NCBI GenBank assembly: GCA_017960855.1
Contig: JAGCYJ010000010.1
Location: 8,098 to 72,097 of the forward strand
Direction: 5' to 3'
DNA length: 64,000 nucleotides
Source: Alphaproteobacteria bacterium
Lineage (GTDB): Bacteria; Pseudomonadota; Alphaproteobacteria; Rs-D84
The notes beneath the pieces are model-generated. The model was not told the origin of the DNA. It was given only the letters and a program-made list of their open reading frames with translations, and searched no databases. This document shows, in pieces, positions 63,809-64,000 of this stretch. Numbering within the stretch: the first letter of the stretch is position 1; the number at the start of each line of letters is the position of its first letter. The position numbers were made by a program, and so were the translations under genes.

Positions 63809-64000
63809 TTATAAAAGATATTTTCCAAGATTTGTTATGTTGCCGGCGCCCATACAGATGACAATATCGCCGTCCTGTATTTGTGGCAAAAGTTCGCGTG
63901 CCACATTTTCCATATCGCCCGCCAGATATTTGCCACCAATTGCGCGCGCAAAGTTTTCACCTGTGATTTCTGGTATGGGGCTTTCGGACGCTGCAAAAAC
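63809..64000 (-). CDS. murC: UDP-N-acetylmuramate--L-alanine ligase, C-terminal end (rest outside the window)
   Basis: The reverse translation ends ...GDIVICMGAGNITNLGKYLL*, the Mur-ligase (MurC-type) GD.V...GAG.I C-terminus. Stop at 63809-63811. Not in the ORF track because it is truncated. Confidence 0.6.
   Translation of the reverse strand, partial: VFAASESPIPEITGENFARAIGGKYLAGDMENVARELLPQIQDGDIVICMGAGNITNLGKYLL

Overview
This 64-kb chromosomal window looks like a moderately AT-rich alphaproteobacterium-type genome, possibly host-associated. The taxon is inference only, drawn from gene content, gene order and protein sequences. The housekeeping backbone includes rph, groES-groEL (behind a sigma32-like promoter), HIT, yggU, LOG, tilS-ftsH, prmC, htpX, rlpA, murJ, bamD, era, queA, tgt, guaC, lysS, csp, lemA, rpsD, smpB, tatD, holB, a PBP5-like carboxypeptidase, mtaB, rpoZ and a murC 3' end. 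There are three tRNAs: Arg-ACG, Gly-GCC and Ser-GGA. No rRNA, CRISPR array or intact mobile element was seen. Three things stand out. (1) About 18 kb (~28%) encodes five paralogous signal-peptide proteins of 317, 1107, 683, 1350 and 2565 aa. They are assembled from a shared module set: a 'KF-V-TTT...FYVDWGDG/DCGDG' beta-sandwich lead-in, DUF285/BspA-type leucine-rich repeats, an 'IPPxTFAGL' cap, eukaryote-like Cys-rich 'CxPCPAGTYK' repeats, a LamG/jelly-roll-like module, and a ~60-90-aa 'LHxG..LNx..LHx..GTxY' terminal module. (2) A tRNA-Ser-linked islet carries a polymorphic toxin (MuF-type CxxC...HPNCRC motif plus a Tlde1/DUF2778-like L,D-transpeptidase-fold C-terminus). It is followed by a membrane immunity candidate, an orphan toxin-tip/immunity cassette fused to a recombinase remnant, and a two-gene operon with a PEP-utilizing/PPDK-N-type kinase-like protein. 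(3) Several orphan cassettes sit next to tRNA genes that carry duplicated 3'-end fragments, or are wedged into conserved operons (era-X3-queA-X-tgt). All domain assignments come from motif reading by eye. No searches or computations were run.
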